64,000 nt of DNA from Candidatus Hadarchaeota archaeon (GCA_964514945.1 CAZESD010000001.1:40246-104245), one strand, 5' to 3'; counted from the stretch's first letter, positions 46,254-55,390 are shown. Notes: generated by a model not told the origin, from the sequence alone. Made by a program: numbers and translations.

Positions 46254-47080
46254 ACCTTCAATACTTTTTCTAATTCCTCCACAAACTTTTTCGCCGCTTC
46301 ATCTGGCGTTCCCCTAAAAATTTTTCCTCGCCTACCCTCTACAGACGGAATTGTGATCTTGTATACGCTAGTCGGTGACCCCGTTATCCCAAATTTATTC
46401 CTGTCAGCGCCATTTGCGAGATCGTTCATACTCCAAATTTCAATTTCAGATTTTCTTGCTTTTAATTTATCCCGTAAAGATGGGAGCCTAGGTTCGTTGA
46501 TATCCTTTGTCACCGTGATCAACCCAAGGGGCTTAAATTCCGTCAAGTAACGATATTCTCCCCTCTGCGATACAACGACAAATCCCTCTTTTTCACATTT
46601 TTTTATTTCAGAAACATAAGCGATGTGCGGAATACCCAGATGTTCCGCGACTTCAGGCCCTACTTGACCTGTGTCCCCATCAACGGTTTTTTCTCCGCAA
46701 ATGATAAGATTAAAATTTCCTAATTTTTTAATGGCACTAGCGAGAGTATATGAAGTAGCCAACGTGTCAGCGCCTCCAAACTTCTTGTCTGTGAGCAAAA
46801 TGGCTCTATCGGCCCCCCTAGCCAAGGCATCTCTCAGCGCTGATTCCGCTTGGGGAGGCCCCATGCTGACCACGGTTACTGTGCCTCCTAATTCCTCCTT
46901 GATTTGGACGCCCGCCTCCAGAGCGTTTAGGTCGAAAGGATTAGGCTCAGCTTTTGCTGAACTTCTGTCCAGCGTCCCCTTTTCAGTATCAAATTTTACT
47001 TCCTCGATATCAGGGACTTGCTTAAGAAGTACGATTATGTTGGACCTTTCATTTGCTGTCTCGCCGGAATTGTGAATCAT
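46250..47080 (-). CDS. etfB: Electron transfer flavoprotein beta subunit (FixA/bifurcating-type)
   Basis: 276 aa. 'IIVLLKQVPD', 'NPFDLNALE', 'ICGEKTVDGDTGQVGPEVAEHLGIPH'. GGAGGT SD. 4-nt overlap with etfA. Confidence 0.9.
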   Translation of the reverse strand: MIHNSGETANERSNIIVLLKQVPDIEEVKFDTEKGTLDRSSAKAEPNPFDLNALEAGVQIKEELGGTVTVVSMGPPQAESALRDALARGADRAILLTDKKFGGADTLATSYTLASAIKKLGNFNLIICGEKTVDGDTGQVGPEVAEHLGIPHIAYVSEIKKCEKEGFVVVSQRGEYRYLTEFKPLGLITVTKDINEPRLPSLRDKLKARKSEIEIWSMNDLANGADRNKFGITGSPTSVYKITIPSVEGRRGKIFRGTPDEAAKKFVEELEKVLKV

Positions 47081-47129
47081 GGCAATACCTCCCCAGTTCG
47101 ATTCCGTTTTGTTTCATAAGTTTTAAAGT

Positions 47130-47906
47130 GTGAGGAATAAAAAGAGTGTGGGTGAGAATTTGAGAACCGAATATTTATATGAATCCTACTTTGACGAGAC
47201 AGAGAAAGTACTGATGAAGATAAGGAAAACACAACAAGAAAACATTCTGAAAGCTGCAGAATTAGTTTCAGAGTGCATTAAAAACGACGGGTTGGTCCGT
47301 ACCTTCGGAACAGGGCACTCGCACATTCTAGCCGAAGAGATTTTCTTCCGAGCGGGCACTCTTGCCCCAGTTTCTGCAATTCTTGAGCCATCTTTGATGA
47401 CATATCACGAAGCCATTAAAAGTTCCGCTATGGAACGACTAGAAGGAGTTGGAAAAATTATTGTAGATTACGTTGATCCGGACCCTCAGGACGTATTTAT
47501 TATCATCTCCAATTCAGGTCGGAATCCTGTCCCCATTGAAGTTGCTATGGAAGCCAAAAAGAGGGGGAACAAAATAGTAGCGGTAACTTCTAAAACATAT
47601 AGCAAAAGTGCTCCGTCCCGACATTCCAGCGGTAAAAGACTGATGGATGTCGCAGATGTGGTTCTAGATAACTGTGGAGAAATAGGAGACGTTGCTGTTA
47701 AAATACCCGGTTTAGAGCAAGGTTTAGGGCCCACATCTACGATTACGAGTGCTTACCTGCTGCACGCAGTTATGGTTCAGGCCACGTCTAACCTGTCAAA
47801 AATAATGAAAGAACCTCCTATTTTCTGGAGCGCAAACCTACCCGGAGGAATGGAAAAGAACCGAAAAATAATCGACAAATATCGGAACAAAATTAGGAAT
47901 TGGTAG
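47130..47906 (+). CDS. SIS-domain protein, UPF0309 family (paralog 1; function unknown)
   Basis: 258 aa. 'GLVRTFGTGHSHILAEEIFFRAGTLAPV', 'IISNSGRNPVPIEVAMEAKKRGNKIVAVTS', 'SRHSSGKRL'. The start is uncertain (GTG 47130, GTG 47145 or TTG 47157) because a TATA-like 'AAGTTTTAAAG' sits at about 47116. Confidence 0.75.
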   Translation: MRNKKSVGENLRTEYLYESYFDETEKVLMKIRKTQQENILKAAELVSECIKNDGLVRTFGTGHSHILAEEIFFRAGTLAPVSAILEPSLMTYHEAIKSSAMERLEGVGKIIVDYVDPDPQDVFIIISNSGRNPVPIEVAMEAKKRGNKIVAVTSKTYSKSAPSRHSSGKRLMDVADVVLDNCGEIGDVAVKIPGLEQGLGPTSTITSAYLLHAVMVQATSNLSKIMKEPPIFWSANLPGGMEKNRKIIDKYRNKIRNW

Positions 47907-48003
47907 CGGCAAAATCACTTAGAAGTTCACGAATTAGTAATAATACATCCCTAATATATTTAAGAGGAAAAAGAAAATAGATTGTTATAAATTACGAAAA
48001 AAA

Positions 48004-48384
48004 GTGGAGGTGAAAGCATTGGAAAATTTTATGAAAAAGTTGAAGAAGTGGGAGCCTACTCGTAGGAGATCAACACAAAACGAAGTTTCCATCGATAAAA
48101 TAGGCATCGATTTATTTGCCTGGGCCGTTGGACATTTCAAGGGATACAAAGGAGCGGACCTGTACATAGACGACAAAATGAGCTTGCTAGGGATAAAACC
48201 AGTCGCGAAAGGACAGCGGAGCTTGATTTCAAAAGCAGAGGGGAACGGATTTTTTGTTTCCTGCACCTCACTCATGAGACAAGCCGGTGTGAATGGAAGG
48301 AAAAGGGTCAAAGCCAAATGGAACGAGAGGGAGAAAATGTTGCTCGTTTACCTGAAAGGCCGCCCCGGAGAGAAAACCAATTAA
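48004..48384 (+). CDS. Hypothetical protein
   Basis: 126-aa ORF with a GTG start and no motif I can name. It is basic and has a plausible upstream TATA ('CTAATATATTTAAG'). Confidence 0.35.
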   Translation: MEVKALENFMKKLKKWEPTRRRSTQNEVSIDKIGIDLFAWAVGHFKGYKGADLYIDDKMSLLGIKPVAKGQRSLISKAEGNGFFVSCTSLMRQAGVNGRKRVKAKWNEREKMLLVYLKGRPGEKTN

Positions 48385-48630
48385 GAGTTCATCAATTGTT
48401 GGCACTTGCCCCTGCAGAAAAAAGGAGAAGGGGGCGGGCGAGCCCCATTGGGATGAGAATCCTATCGATGGAGAAATCTTCCGAGTCTCCTGTATTTAAC
48501 CCCAATCGGTGCCCGCCCAAGCCAATGGAGAGTTGGGGAAGAATGTGGCTAAGAGGATTGAGGAGATCGAGAGGCTTCTAAAGACAGGTGCCTGAGCAAA
48601 ATTATTGAAAAGTATTCTGCCGATTTATTT

Positions 48631-48843
48631 TTAGTCGCCCGTAATAGTTTTTCCAATTTTTTTATCAAAAAAGTAGGCTTTATCCCAGTCAAAGCCTATC
48701 CACGCGTTTTCACCTATCTCTTGTTTGAAATTCAATCCAGTTCTCAATTTTAAGTAAGTATTTCCCATCTCTACAGTAACTAACTTTTCATTCTTTTCCA
48801 CTCTCTTATTTTGTATCCAGAACTCAATGCTCTCTCTTGCCAC
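48631..48843 (-). pseudogene. Isolated C-terminal TOBE-domain fragment of a MalK/UgpC-type sugar ABC ATPase
   Basis: 70 aa. '...LVTVEMGNTYLKLRTG...ENAWIGFDWDKAYFFDKKIGKTI' matches only the regulatory C-terminal domain. No NBD lies upstream, and it overlaps the nagB upstream region. Confidence 0.55.
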
Positions 48844-48942
48844 TATTGTGAATGGGGAGTGTTCTACGAAAGAACTTTATTTAAATATCGGGCACGATTT
48901 GTTTATGCGAGGTTTGGAAAAGAAAACGGGGGTCGAAACAAC

Positions 48943-49683
48943 ATGCCGATTGAAGTTTTCACCACAAAGGACTATGATGAGCTCAGCAAGAGGGCGGCTG
49001 AGATCATCGCAGATGCCATAAGAAACAAACCGAACTCGGTTCTTGGATTGGCCACCGGAAGCACCCCCATTGGCTGCTACCGCGAGTTCGTCCGCATGCA
49101 TAAGGAGGAAGGACTTGACTTCTCAAGGGTTGTGACATTCAACCTAGACGAGTATATTGGGTTACCACCAACCCACCCCCAAAGCTACCGATATTTCATG
49201 AATGAAAACCTCTTCAACCATGTAAACATCAAAATAGAGAATACGCATGTTCCGAATGGTCTATCAGACGATCTCCAGAGGACTTGCAAGGAGTTTGAGG
49301 AAGCCATTAAGAAGTTTGGTGGAATCGACCTCCAACTCCTAGGTATAGGAACCACCGGACACATAGCATTCAATGAGCCAGGTTCACTATTCGACTCTAG
49401 AACTAGGGTTGTGAACGTCTCGGAGCAAACGATAAAAGATAATGCGCGATTTTTCAAATCCATTGATGAGGTGCCCCGTCAAGCAATCTCCATGGGAACT
49501 GGCACCATCATGGAAGCGAGGAAAATCATTCTCCTAGCAAGCGGTGGGGGAAAGGCGGATGCGGTTGCCAAGTCAGTTAAGGGACCAGTAACAGAAGAGG
49601 TACCTGCGTCGATTCTCCAGACTCACCCTAACTGTACATTTATTATTGACGAAGCAGCGGCTTCTAAACTTGAAAGTATTTAA
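48943..49683 (+). CDS. nagB: Glucosamine-6-phosphate deaminase
   Basis: ATG 48943 inside ORF 48811..49683. 'VLGLATGSTPIG', 'TFNLDEYIGL', 'DLQLLGIGTTGHIAFNEPGS', 'AISMGTGTIMEARKIILLASG'. Confidence 0.9.
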   Translation: MPIEVFTTKDYDELSKRAAEIIADAIRNKPNSVLGLATGSTPIGCYREFVRMHKEEGLDFSRVVTFNLDEYIGLPPTHPQSYRYFMNENLFNHVNIKIENTHVPNGLSDDLQRTCKEFEEAIKKFGGIDLQLLGIGTTGHIAFNEPGSLFDSRTRVVNVSEQTIKDNARFFKSIDEVPRQAISMGTGTIMEARKIILLASGGGKADAVAKSVKGPVTEEVPASILQTHPNCTFIIDEAAASKLESI

Positions 49684-49723
49684 AAGATATAAAAAATAGC
49701 CTCCATAATTAAAAGAGGCAACC

Positions 49724-50929
49724 ATGTTGAAGGGTAATTTAATAATAGGCCAGTCCGGCGGTCCGACCTGCGTAATCAACGCTAGTTTATGTGGTGTAAT
49801 TCAAGAAGCAAAGAAACACAGGGGAATAGAGGAAATACACGGAATGCGTTTCGGCATCGAGGGGTTCATGAAGGAGAACATCGTCAATCTCCGGTATGAA
49901 GACGAGGAGACTATTGATGGGCTGCGGGACACCCCATCCGCCGCTTTGGGATCCTCCCGTCACAAACTCAAGAATGATGATCTCTCTCGAGTCCTTGAGG
50001 TGCTCAAAAAATATGATATCAGGTATTTTTTTATGATCGGCGGCGACGACACCATGGATACGATTCGCAGGGTTGAAGAATATTGCGCCAGAGAGGGATA
50101 TGAAATCGTCTGTGTGGGAATACCCAAAACTGTAGACAACGACCTTTTTGGTACAGACCATGCTCCGGGCTTTCCAACAGCGGCGAGATTTATAGCCCTC
50201 TCGGTAAAACAGGGGGGAATTTTAGCCAGGGACATGCAAAAGGTGGACCAGTTTGTCATATATCAATCAATCGGTAGGGACGCCGGCTGGCTTGCTGCCT
50301 CGGCGGCCGTTGCTAAAGAAAAAGGATCGGACGCCCCCCATCTTATCATAATTCCAGAGAGACCGCTGAACAAGGAAAAATTCCTAGTAGAGGTCAAAAA
50401 ATTTTACGACAAATACGGCTTTGTATCCATAGTATGTGGCGAAGGAATCACCTGGGAGGACGGCACCCCCATCTCAGGATCTGTCATCAAGGACAAATTC
50501 GGAAATATCGAATTTGGGGCGATGGGTGGAACCTCCGCAGCTATGATTCTGCACAGAATAATCTCCTCTGAATTCGGTTGGCGCGGGGAATTTCAAATTA
50601 CCGAATCTCTGCCGATGTGCTGCGCAGATAGGATGGTTGAAGTAGATCGCGAGGAGGCTTATCTCGTCGGCGCGCAGGCTGTAAAATTAGCCGTTGAAGG
50701 AAAATCTGGCGTAATGGTCACCTTGGAAAGAAAGAGTAACCGTCCTTATCTATGCCAAACTGGGACGATCTCTTTGGAAGAAGTGGCAATGAAAACCAAA
50801 CCGATGCCGGACAATTATATTTCTAGCGACGGCTTTTTCGTTACCAGTAAATTTCTTGATTACATAAAACCTTTGGTCGGGGAAATTCCTCATTATGCTG
50901 AATTGAAAGCCAAAGCAGTAACAAAATGA
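49724..50929 (+). CDS. pfp: PfkA-family 6-phosphofructokinase with PPi-type signature residues
   Basis: 401 aa. 'IIGQSGGPTCVINAS', 'FFMIGGDDT' (Asp where ATP-PFKs have Gly), 'VGIPKTVDNDL' (Lys). Confidence 0.8.
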   Translation: MLKGNLIIGQSGGPTCVINASLCGVIQEAKKHRGIEEIHGMRFGIEGFMKENIVNLRYEDEETIDGLRDTPSAALGSSRHKLKNDDLSRVLEVLKKYDIRYFFMIGGDDTMDTIRRVEEYCAREGYEIVCVGIPKTVDNDLFGTDHAPGFPTAARFIALSVKQGGILARDMQKVDQFVIYQSIGRDAGWLAASAAVAKEKGSDAPHLIIIPERPLNKEKFLVEVKKFYDKYGFVSIVCGEGITWEDGTPISGSVIKDKFGNIEFGAMGGTSAAMILHRIISSEFGWRGEFQITESLPMCCADRMVEVDREEAYLVGAQAVKLAVEGKSGVMVTLERKSNRPYLCQTGTISLEEVAMKTKPMPDNYISSDGFFVTSKFLDYIKPLVGEIPHYAELKAKAVTK

Positions 50930-50946
50930 GTAAAAGCGAGGAATAA

Positions 50947-51909
50947 ATGACAATGTCAAATTATTCTGTTGAAATAGGAGATAAATTTGACAAACTAATA
51001 AACAAAAAGAAAAATTGCCAAGTAGTTGTCAAAAGATTGGGGGCCGAGGTAATCAGTTATCGGGTGTGGGATAAAGATAACAAAATAACGCTTCCTTTAC
51101 TGTGGAATGACAATAACGATTCTCCTCCGCCAGAAGGGGGATGGAAAAATCATGCTACGGTCCTTTTTCCTCACGTAGGAGGGCTTAAAAACAATGAGAG
51201 TTGGCTTGGCAATATAAAAATCACCAGCCGGGGCAATCACGGTTTTGCTCGTCATTCCACTTTTAAAGCAGTCGATTATGGTAACGACAACTCCGCGCGC
51301 ATTCACTACCGCCTCAAGGCAAACGATGAGACAAGAAGATACTATCCTTTCAATTTCAGGTTGGATATCATTTACTCTTTGAGGGGGAATGAATTTTCTG
51401 CTGAGTTTGAAGTCACCAACATGGAAGAGGGGAGAGATATTTTTTTCTCCCTAGGTTGGCACCCCGGCTTTAGTACATCTTTTCCTGACCTCGGGGGCAA
51501 AAAAGAGGACTGGCAGATAATTTTTAAAAAAGGGAGATATCGGCGTTACCTCAACAACGAGAATTGCAGATTAACCGGAGAAACTGAAGATTTGGACATA
51601 GCCGGCTCTTTTAGCTGGAGTGAAGAAGAACTTGAAAGTACGATCATGTTGGAAATAGAAAAGAAGGAACTCCGCAATTGTGAATTCTACAACCCCAAAA
51701 TCAAAAGGGGAGTGAAGATCAATTTTGAGGAATTTCCCTTTTTGGCTATCTGGTCGGAAGTGGGCCGCAAATTTATTTGTCTGGAACCTTGTCAGGGGCT
51801 CGATGATCGTGAAATGCAGGAAAGTTTTGATCAAAAGGTGGGTATTGTAAGACTTGGAGCTTCAGCAAGCAAAAAATGGCGAGCGGATATTAGACCTATA
51901 ATTTCCTGA
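50947..51909 (+). CDS. Aldose 1-epimerase (galactose mutarotase-like) family protein
   Basis: 320 aa. 'FPHVGGL', 'GNHGFARHSTF', 'SLGWHPGF'. Confidence 0.7.
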   Translation: MTMSNYSVEIGDKFDKLINKKKNCQVVVKRLGAEVISYRVWDKDNKITLPLLWNDNNDSPPPEGGWKNHATVLFPHVGGLKNNESWLGNIKITSRGNHGFARHSTFKAVDYGNDNSARIHYRLKANDETRRYYPFNFRLDIIYSLRGNEFSAEFEVTNMEEGRDIFFSLGWHPGFSTSFPDLGGKKEDWQIIFKKGRYRRYLNNENCRLTGETEDLDIAGSFSWSEEELESTIMLEIEKKELRNCEFYNPKIKRGVKINFEEFPFLAIWSEVGRKFICLEPCQGLDDREMQESFDQKVGIVRLGASASKKWRADIRPIIS

Positions 51910-52106
51910 AGATTGTTAGCGAGCTCATTTGAAATACGAGTTCATCTGCGCGCATGGACTTGATCAACCCTGCGCAGTTTTCAGTTTCTGGCGTGCTCTT
52001 TGACCATCTTGGAGTTCTTTTTGAGTTTGACAACAGTCGAGTTTCTCGCTTTTAAGTTCTGCCTCCTAAAACCATCAAATAAAGAGGCGATAAAACATGG
52101 CAGTAA

Positions 52107-54299
52107 TCAAACCTGTTCGATTTTCAGTACGCAAACCTCTTGCGGTTCTAATTCTCGCTTAATTCGGAGGCCATTATCGTAGCTCCAATTTACCTCTGTC
52201 TGGTTGGGTAGGTCCAAAATCCTATATTTTCCTTCGGGGAGTCGCAAGCGAAAACTTACACTAGATTTTTTGTCATCATGGTTGAAGCCAAACAAGAACG
52301 TGTATCCTGCACCTTCCAATATCAGCCCTTCTACTTTTCCCCCATCTATATCCACTAGGGGCTCGACACCGGCCCATTTAAAGAGACCTTTCAGAAACTT
52401 TCCGTTTTCCTCAGCTCGAACTTTTTCATAAACCCCGCTGATCAACGAGCCTATCAATACCGCCTTGCCTTTGCCATAGCTGTTGATTATGATTGCCGGC
52501 AAACCGTTTTCAAAACGCGCCAAGATTTTTGCAGTATCCTTCAATGGTTCTAGGGCCTCTTCATAACCCGCTCCTGAGATCTCTATTTTTCCTGATAAAG
52601 ACGACATCTCTTGCACCGACTCTACCCACAGTTTCAGCTTTTGCCTCTCGAGTATCCATTTCTCCCTGCAACCGAAAACCTCGTGCAGACCAAGACCCGG
52701 TATCACTTCAGAACATTGCCCTTTTTCATCGCTCCACCCGGGTCGGACTTCCGCCACCAATTTCCCGCCCTGACGAACAAATTCCTTCACACCTTCAGCG
52801 ATTTCAGATGTCATCATGATGGAGAAAGGCATAAAGATGAGTTTGTAATTTTTCACGTTCCCCTTGGCAAAATCATTGATGTGGATGAAATCTACTGGAA
52901 TGTTCTCCTCCAATAGGGCACGATAGATACCTGTCAACGACGAAGATACAATATTTACAATCTCGTCGGCTCGCTCCCTAGAACAAGCCAGCATGATGTA
53001 GGAATAGATGTTGTATACGATACCAACTTCTGCCTGTGGGGGCTTGGCGTTTAAAAATAAATCCATGTTCTGGTTGACGATCCTCGCAACTTTTCCAGCT
53101 GCCCGAGCCCGTTCTGTTATGCTCCCATCCAAATTTATCAAGCCGAATCCCGAGGTCTCATACCCGCAGCTCATCGGGTACCAGGCATAGAAGTTCAAAC
53201 CTTTTGTCCCCCTGGCTATTGCGCTCCAAGCCCACATTTGTACATCTTGGGGGGTAACCGGCTCTCCAAAGCGAATTCCCTCTACGCCATTTCCGCCTTG
53301 AAGTTCCCCAAGCCAATAATCCTTTCCCTGAGTGTCGGAAGAAGATCGGGTTGCATCTAAAGCTACTCCACGCCATGCGGAATCAAGCGGCATACTTTCG
53401 CCGATGTGCTTTGGGTAGAGCGATGTTCCCCAAACATCAACCTGCTTGGCCATCTCCCAATCATCTGGACTACCATACCAATTTAGAGGTGGGATGAAAA
53501 CTGAACTGATGGCGGAGTGGCTGGAAACCACATGATCGGGATCGATTTTTTTTACTGTCTGGACTCGCCACTTCAAATCCTCTGCCAGCTTTTCTATGCT
53601 GAAGAGCTGCCAATCCACAAGGTCCCGCCAAGTTGATAACGTCACATACTTCGGTGGAATTACCTCATTCCAGTCTCGATAGACACGATACCAAGATCTG
53701 TTCAGGCTACTTATGTCGCCGTAACGTTTTTCCAACCAACGACGAAATCGCTCTTGGCTATGACGGCAATAACAGACCCAACCAACCGCTCTAGGAAGCC
53801 AGTCGAGCCAAGTCCAACTGACCACATGCGGCTCACTCCAAACATCCCAGCCGTAAAAATTTGGATGGTCCTTCACTCGCTCGGCCACTTTTTGCATGAA
53901 GAGCTCTGCTTCTTTTCTGACATCCGGATGATCGCAACAAAATCCCGGTGAGGCCTGCGAGTCGATCACGTCACCGCTTTGTGCTTGAAAGCGTGAATCG
54001 GGAAAAAGAGAGGCGATCCAGTTGGGCGCCGAGTCTAGGTACAGCTGGATGATTACCTTTAATTCGTTTTTCTCTGCCAAATCCATAAGACGGTCTATGA
54101 AGCCCAAATTCCAAACCCCGGGTTCGGGCTCTGCGGTTGCCCAATCAACCCAGTATTTCACGGCGTTGAAACCGAGTTTTTTCATGTTTTCGATGTCTCT
54201 CTGAGCAATTTTGTAGCTTTCTTCAGTGGATGGGGCGAGCATTGGCGCACGTGCTTTACCTTCGCCGTACCACACAGAAATGGGAAAGAAATCTGCCAT
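52107..54299 (-). CDS. GH42/GH35-like glycoside hydrolase (beta-galactosidase / exo-beta-D-glucosaminidase GlmA-like); cytoplasmic
   Basis: 730 aa. TIM-barrel N-domain 'GFNAVKYWVDWATAEPEPGVWN...VIIQLYLDSAPNW...HPNFYGWDVWSEP'. Central trimerisation-like domain 'FVRQGGKLVAEVRPG'. No signal peptide. Confidence 0.72.
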   Translation of the reverse strand: MADFFPISVWYGEGKARAPMLAPSTEESYKIAQRDIENMKKLGFNAVKYWVDWATAEPEPGVWNLGFIDRLMDLAEKNELKVIIQLYLDSAPNWIASLFPDSRFQAQSGDVIDSQASPGFCCDHPDVRKEAELFMQKVAERVKDHPNFYGWDVWSEPHVVSWTWLDWLPRAVGWVCYCRHSQERFRRWLEKRYGDISSLNRSWYRVYRDWNEVIPPKYVTLSTWRDLVDWQLFSIEKLAEDLKWRVQTVKKIDPDHVVSSHSAISSVFIPPLNWYGSPDDWEMAKQVDVWGTSLYPKHIGESMPLDSAWRGVALDATRSSSDTQGKDYWLGELQGGNGVEGIRFGEPVTPQDVQMWAWSAIARGTKGLNFYAWYPMSCGYETSGFGLINLDGSITERARAAGKVARIVNQNMDLFLNAKPPQAEVGIVYNIYSYIMLACSRERADEIVNIVSSSLTGIYRALLEENIPVDFIHINDFAKGNVKNYKLIFMPFSIMMTSEIAEGVKEFVRQGGKLVAEVRPGWSDEKGQCSEVIPGLGLHEVFGCREKWILERQKLKLWVESVQEMSSLSGKIEISGAGYEEALEPLKDTAKILARFENGLPAIIINSYGKGKAVLIGSLISGVYEKVRAEENGKFLKGLFKWAGVEPLVDIDGGKVEGLILEGAGYTFLFGFNHDDKKSSVSFRLRLPEGKYRILDLPNQTEVNWSYDNGLRIKRELEPQEVCVLKIEQV

Positions 54300-54307
54300 T
54301 TTTATTC

Positions 54308-55057
54308 TTACCTTTCTTTCATCATTTTTCTGTAAGCTTCAAACACTTCTTCATTATGAGTCTTGGGTATTTCTTCAATATTTGGTGAGACAAAAACTTT
54401 TAGAGGTACGCCTTTATCAACTAGGATTTTTGCCACCTCCGCCACCAAAGCCATGGCGATGACAACTCCAGCCACCGTGGAGCCGGCCGCAAATGGCTCT
54501 CGCTGCCCGTCTATTTTCACCAGTGCATCCTCCAGCGGCACACAATTGTCAATCGTGATATCCGCTATATCGCATAGCCTATTTCCGCGGTGAGTGACGG
54601 AAGCTTTCTTCTGATTTTCCATCGAAGTAACCGCGACCACGAAGAGACCTGCTTTCTTGGCCCCAAGTGCCATCTCAACAGGCACAGCATTGATGCCCCC
54701 GTGAGAGAAAACCAACATGACGTCTTTGTCCTTAAGCTTATTACGTTTGAGAAGTATGCTGGCATAGCCCTTTTGACGCTCCAGCCAGAGCAATTCCTGA
54801 ACTCCCCCTGGACCGATTATATTGAACCACATTAGCCGCGGATCCAGCAACGGATGAAAGCCGACATAGCTGCCATAGCGGGGGAAGATATCGAGGACTG
54901 GTATCACTGAATGTCCGCTACCAAATAGATGGATAACTCCTCCTTGTGCAATGGAATTCGCCATGACCCGAGCGGCTTTTTTAATATGCTCGGATTGAGT
55001 TAAACGAATTTTTTTCAGAATCTCCTTGATAGCCTCAAAGTATTGGTCAGCTGTCAT
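54308..55057 (-). CDS. SIS-domain protein, UPF0309 family (paralog 2; function unknown)
   Basis: 249 aa. 'GVIHLFGSGHSVIPVLDIF', 'FSHGGINAVPVEMALGAKKAGLFVVAVTS', 'THRGNRL'. Its stop is 8 nt before the GH42/35-like start, so they form an operon. Confidence 0.75.
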   Translation of the reverse strand: MTADQYFEAIKEILKKIRLTQSEHIKKAARVMANSIAQGGVIHLFGSGHSVIPVLDIFPRYGSYVGFHPLLDPRLMWFNIIGPGGVQELLWLERQKGYASILLKRNKLKDKDVMLVFSHGGINAVPVEMALGAKKAGLFVVAVTSMENQKKASVTHRGNRLCDIADITIDNCVPLEDALVKIDGQREPFAAGSTVAGVVIAMALVAEVAKILVDKGVPLKVFVSPNIEEIPKTHNEEVFEAYRKMMKER

Positions 55058-55390
55058 GATCTACCCCCCAAATTTAAGTTCCCCAGTAGTTTACTGTCTA
55101 AGTTATAAAAAGTTTGTGCACTACAGGACTTTGCGCATAAAAATCAAACTTATTTTAAATTTTATTTCAAATTTATGCTTCATAAGCTCTAATTGAAAAG
55201 CGATTCCGGCAGAAATATTTTTAATAAGCAGGAGCCAACTCCAACAAGGATATAAAAGTGAAAATAGATTACTTGAGCCCTCTATGGGCAAGCTCTAACA
55301 TGCCAAGCGGAGAAAAAATGAATGATTCATATGTAAAGAAATATGGGCACGACAGGATTCACCATATGTAAATTTTATGGGGGTGATCAA

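Noticed and set aside
48318-48581. 87-aa forward-strand ORF overlapping the end of the 126-aa hypothetical gene.
   Set aside because: It is Arg/Pro-rich, has no start context, and spans a region where coding-like stretches sit in other frames. I interpret it as part of the decayed patch rather than a gene.
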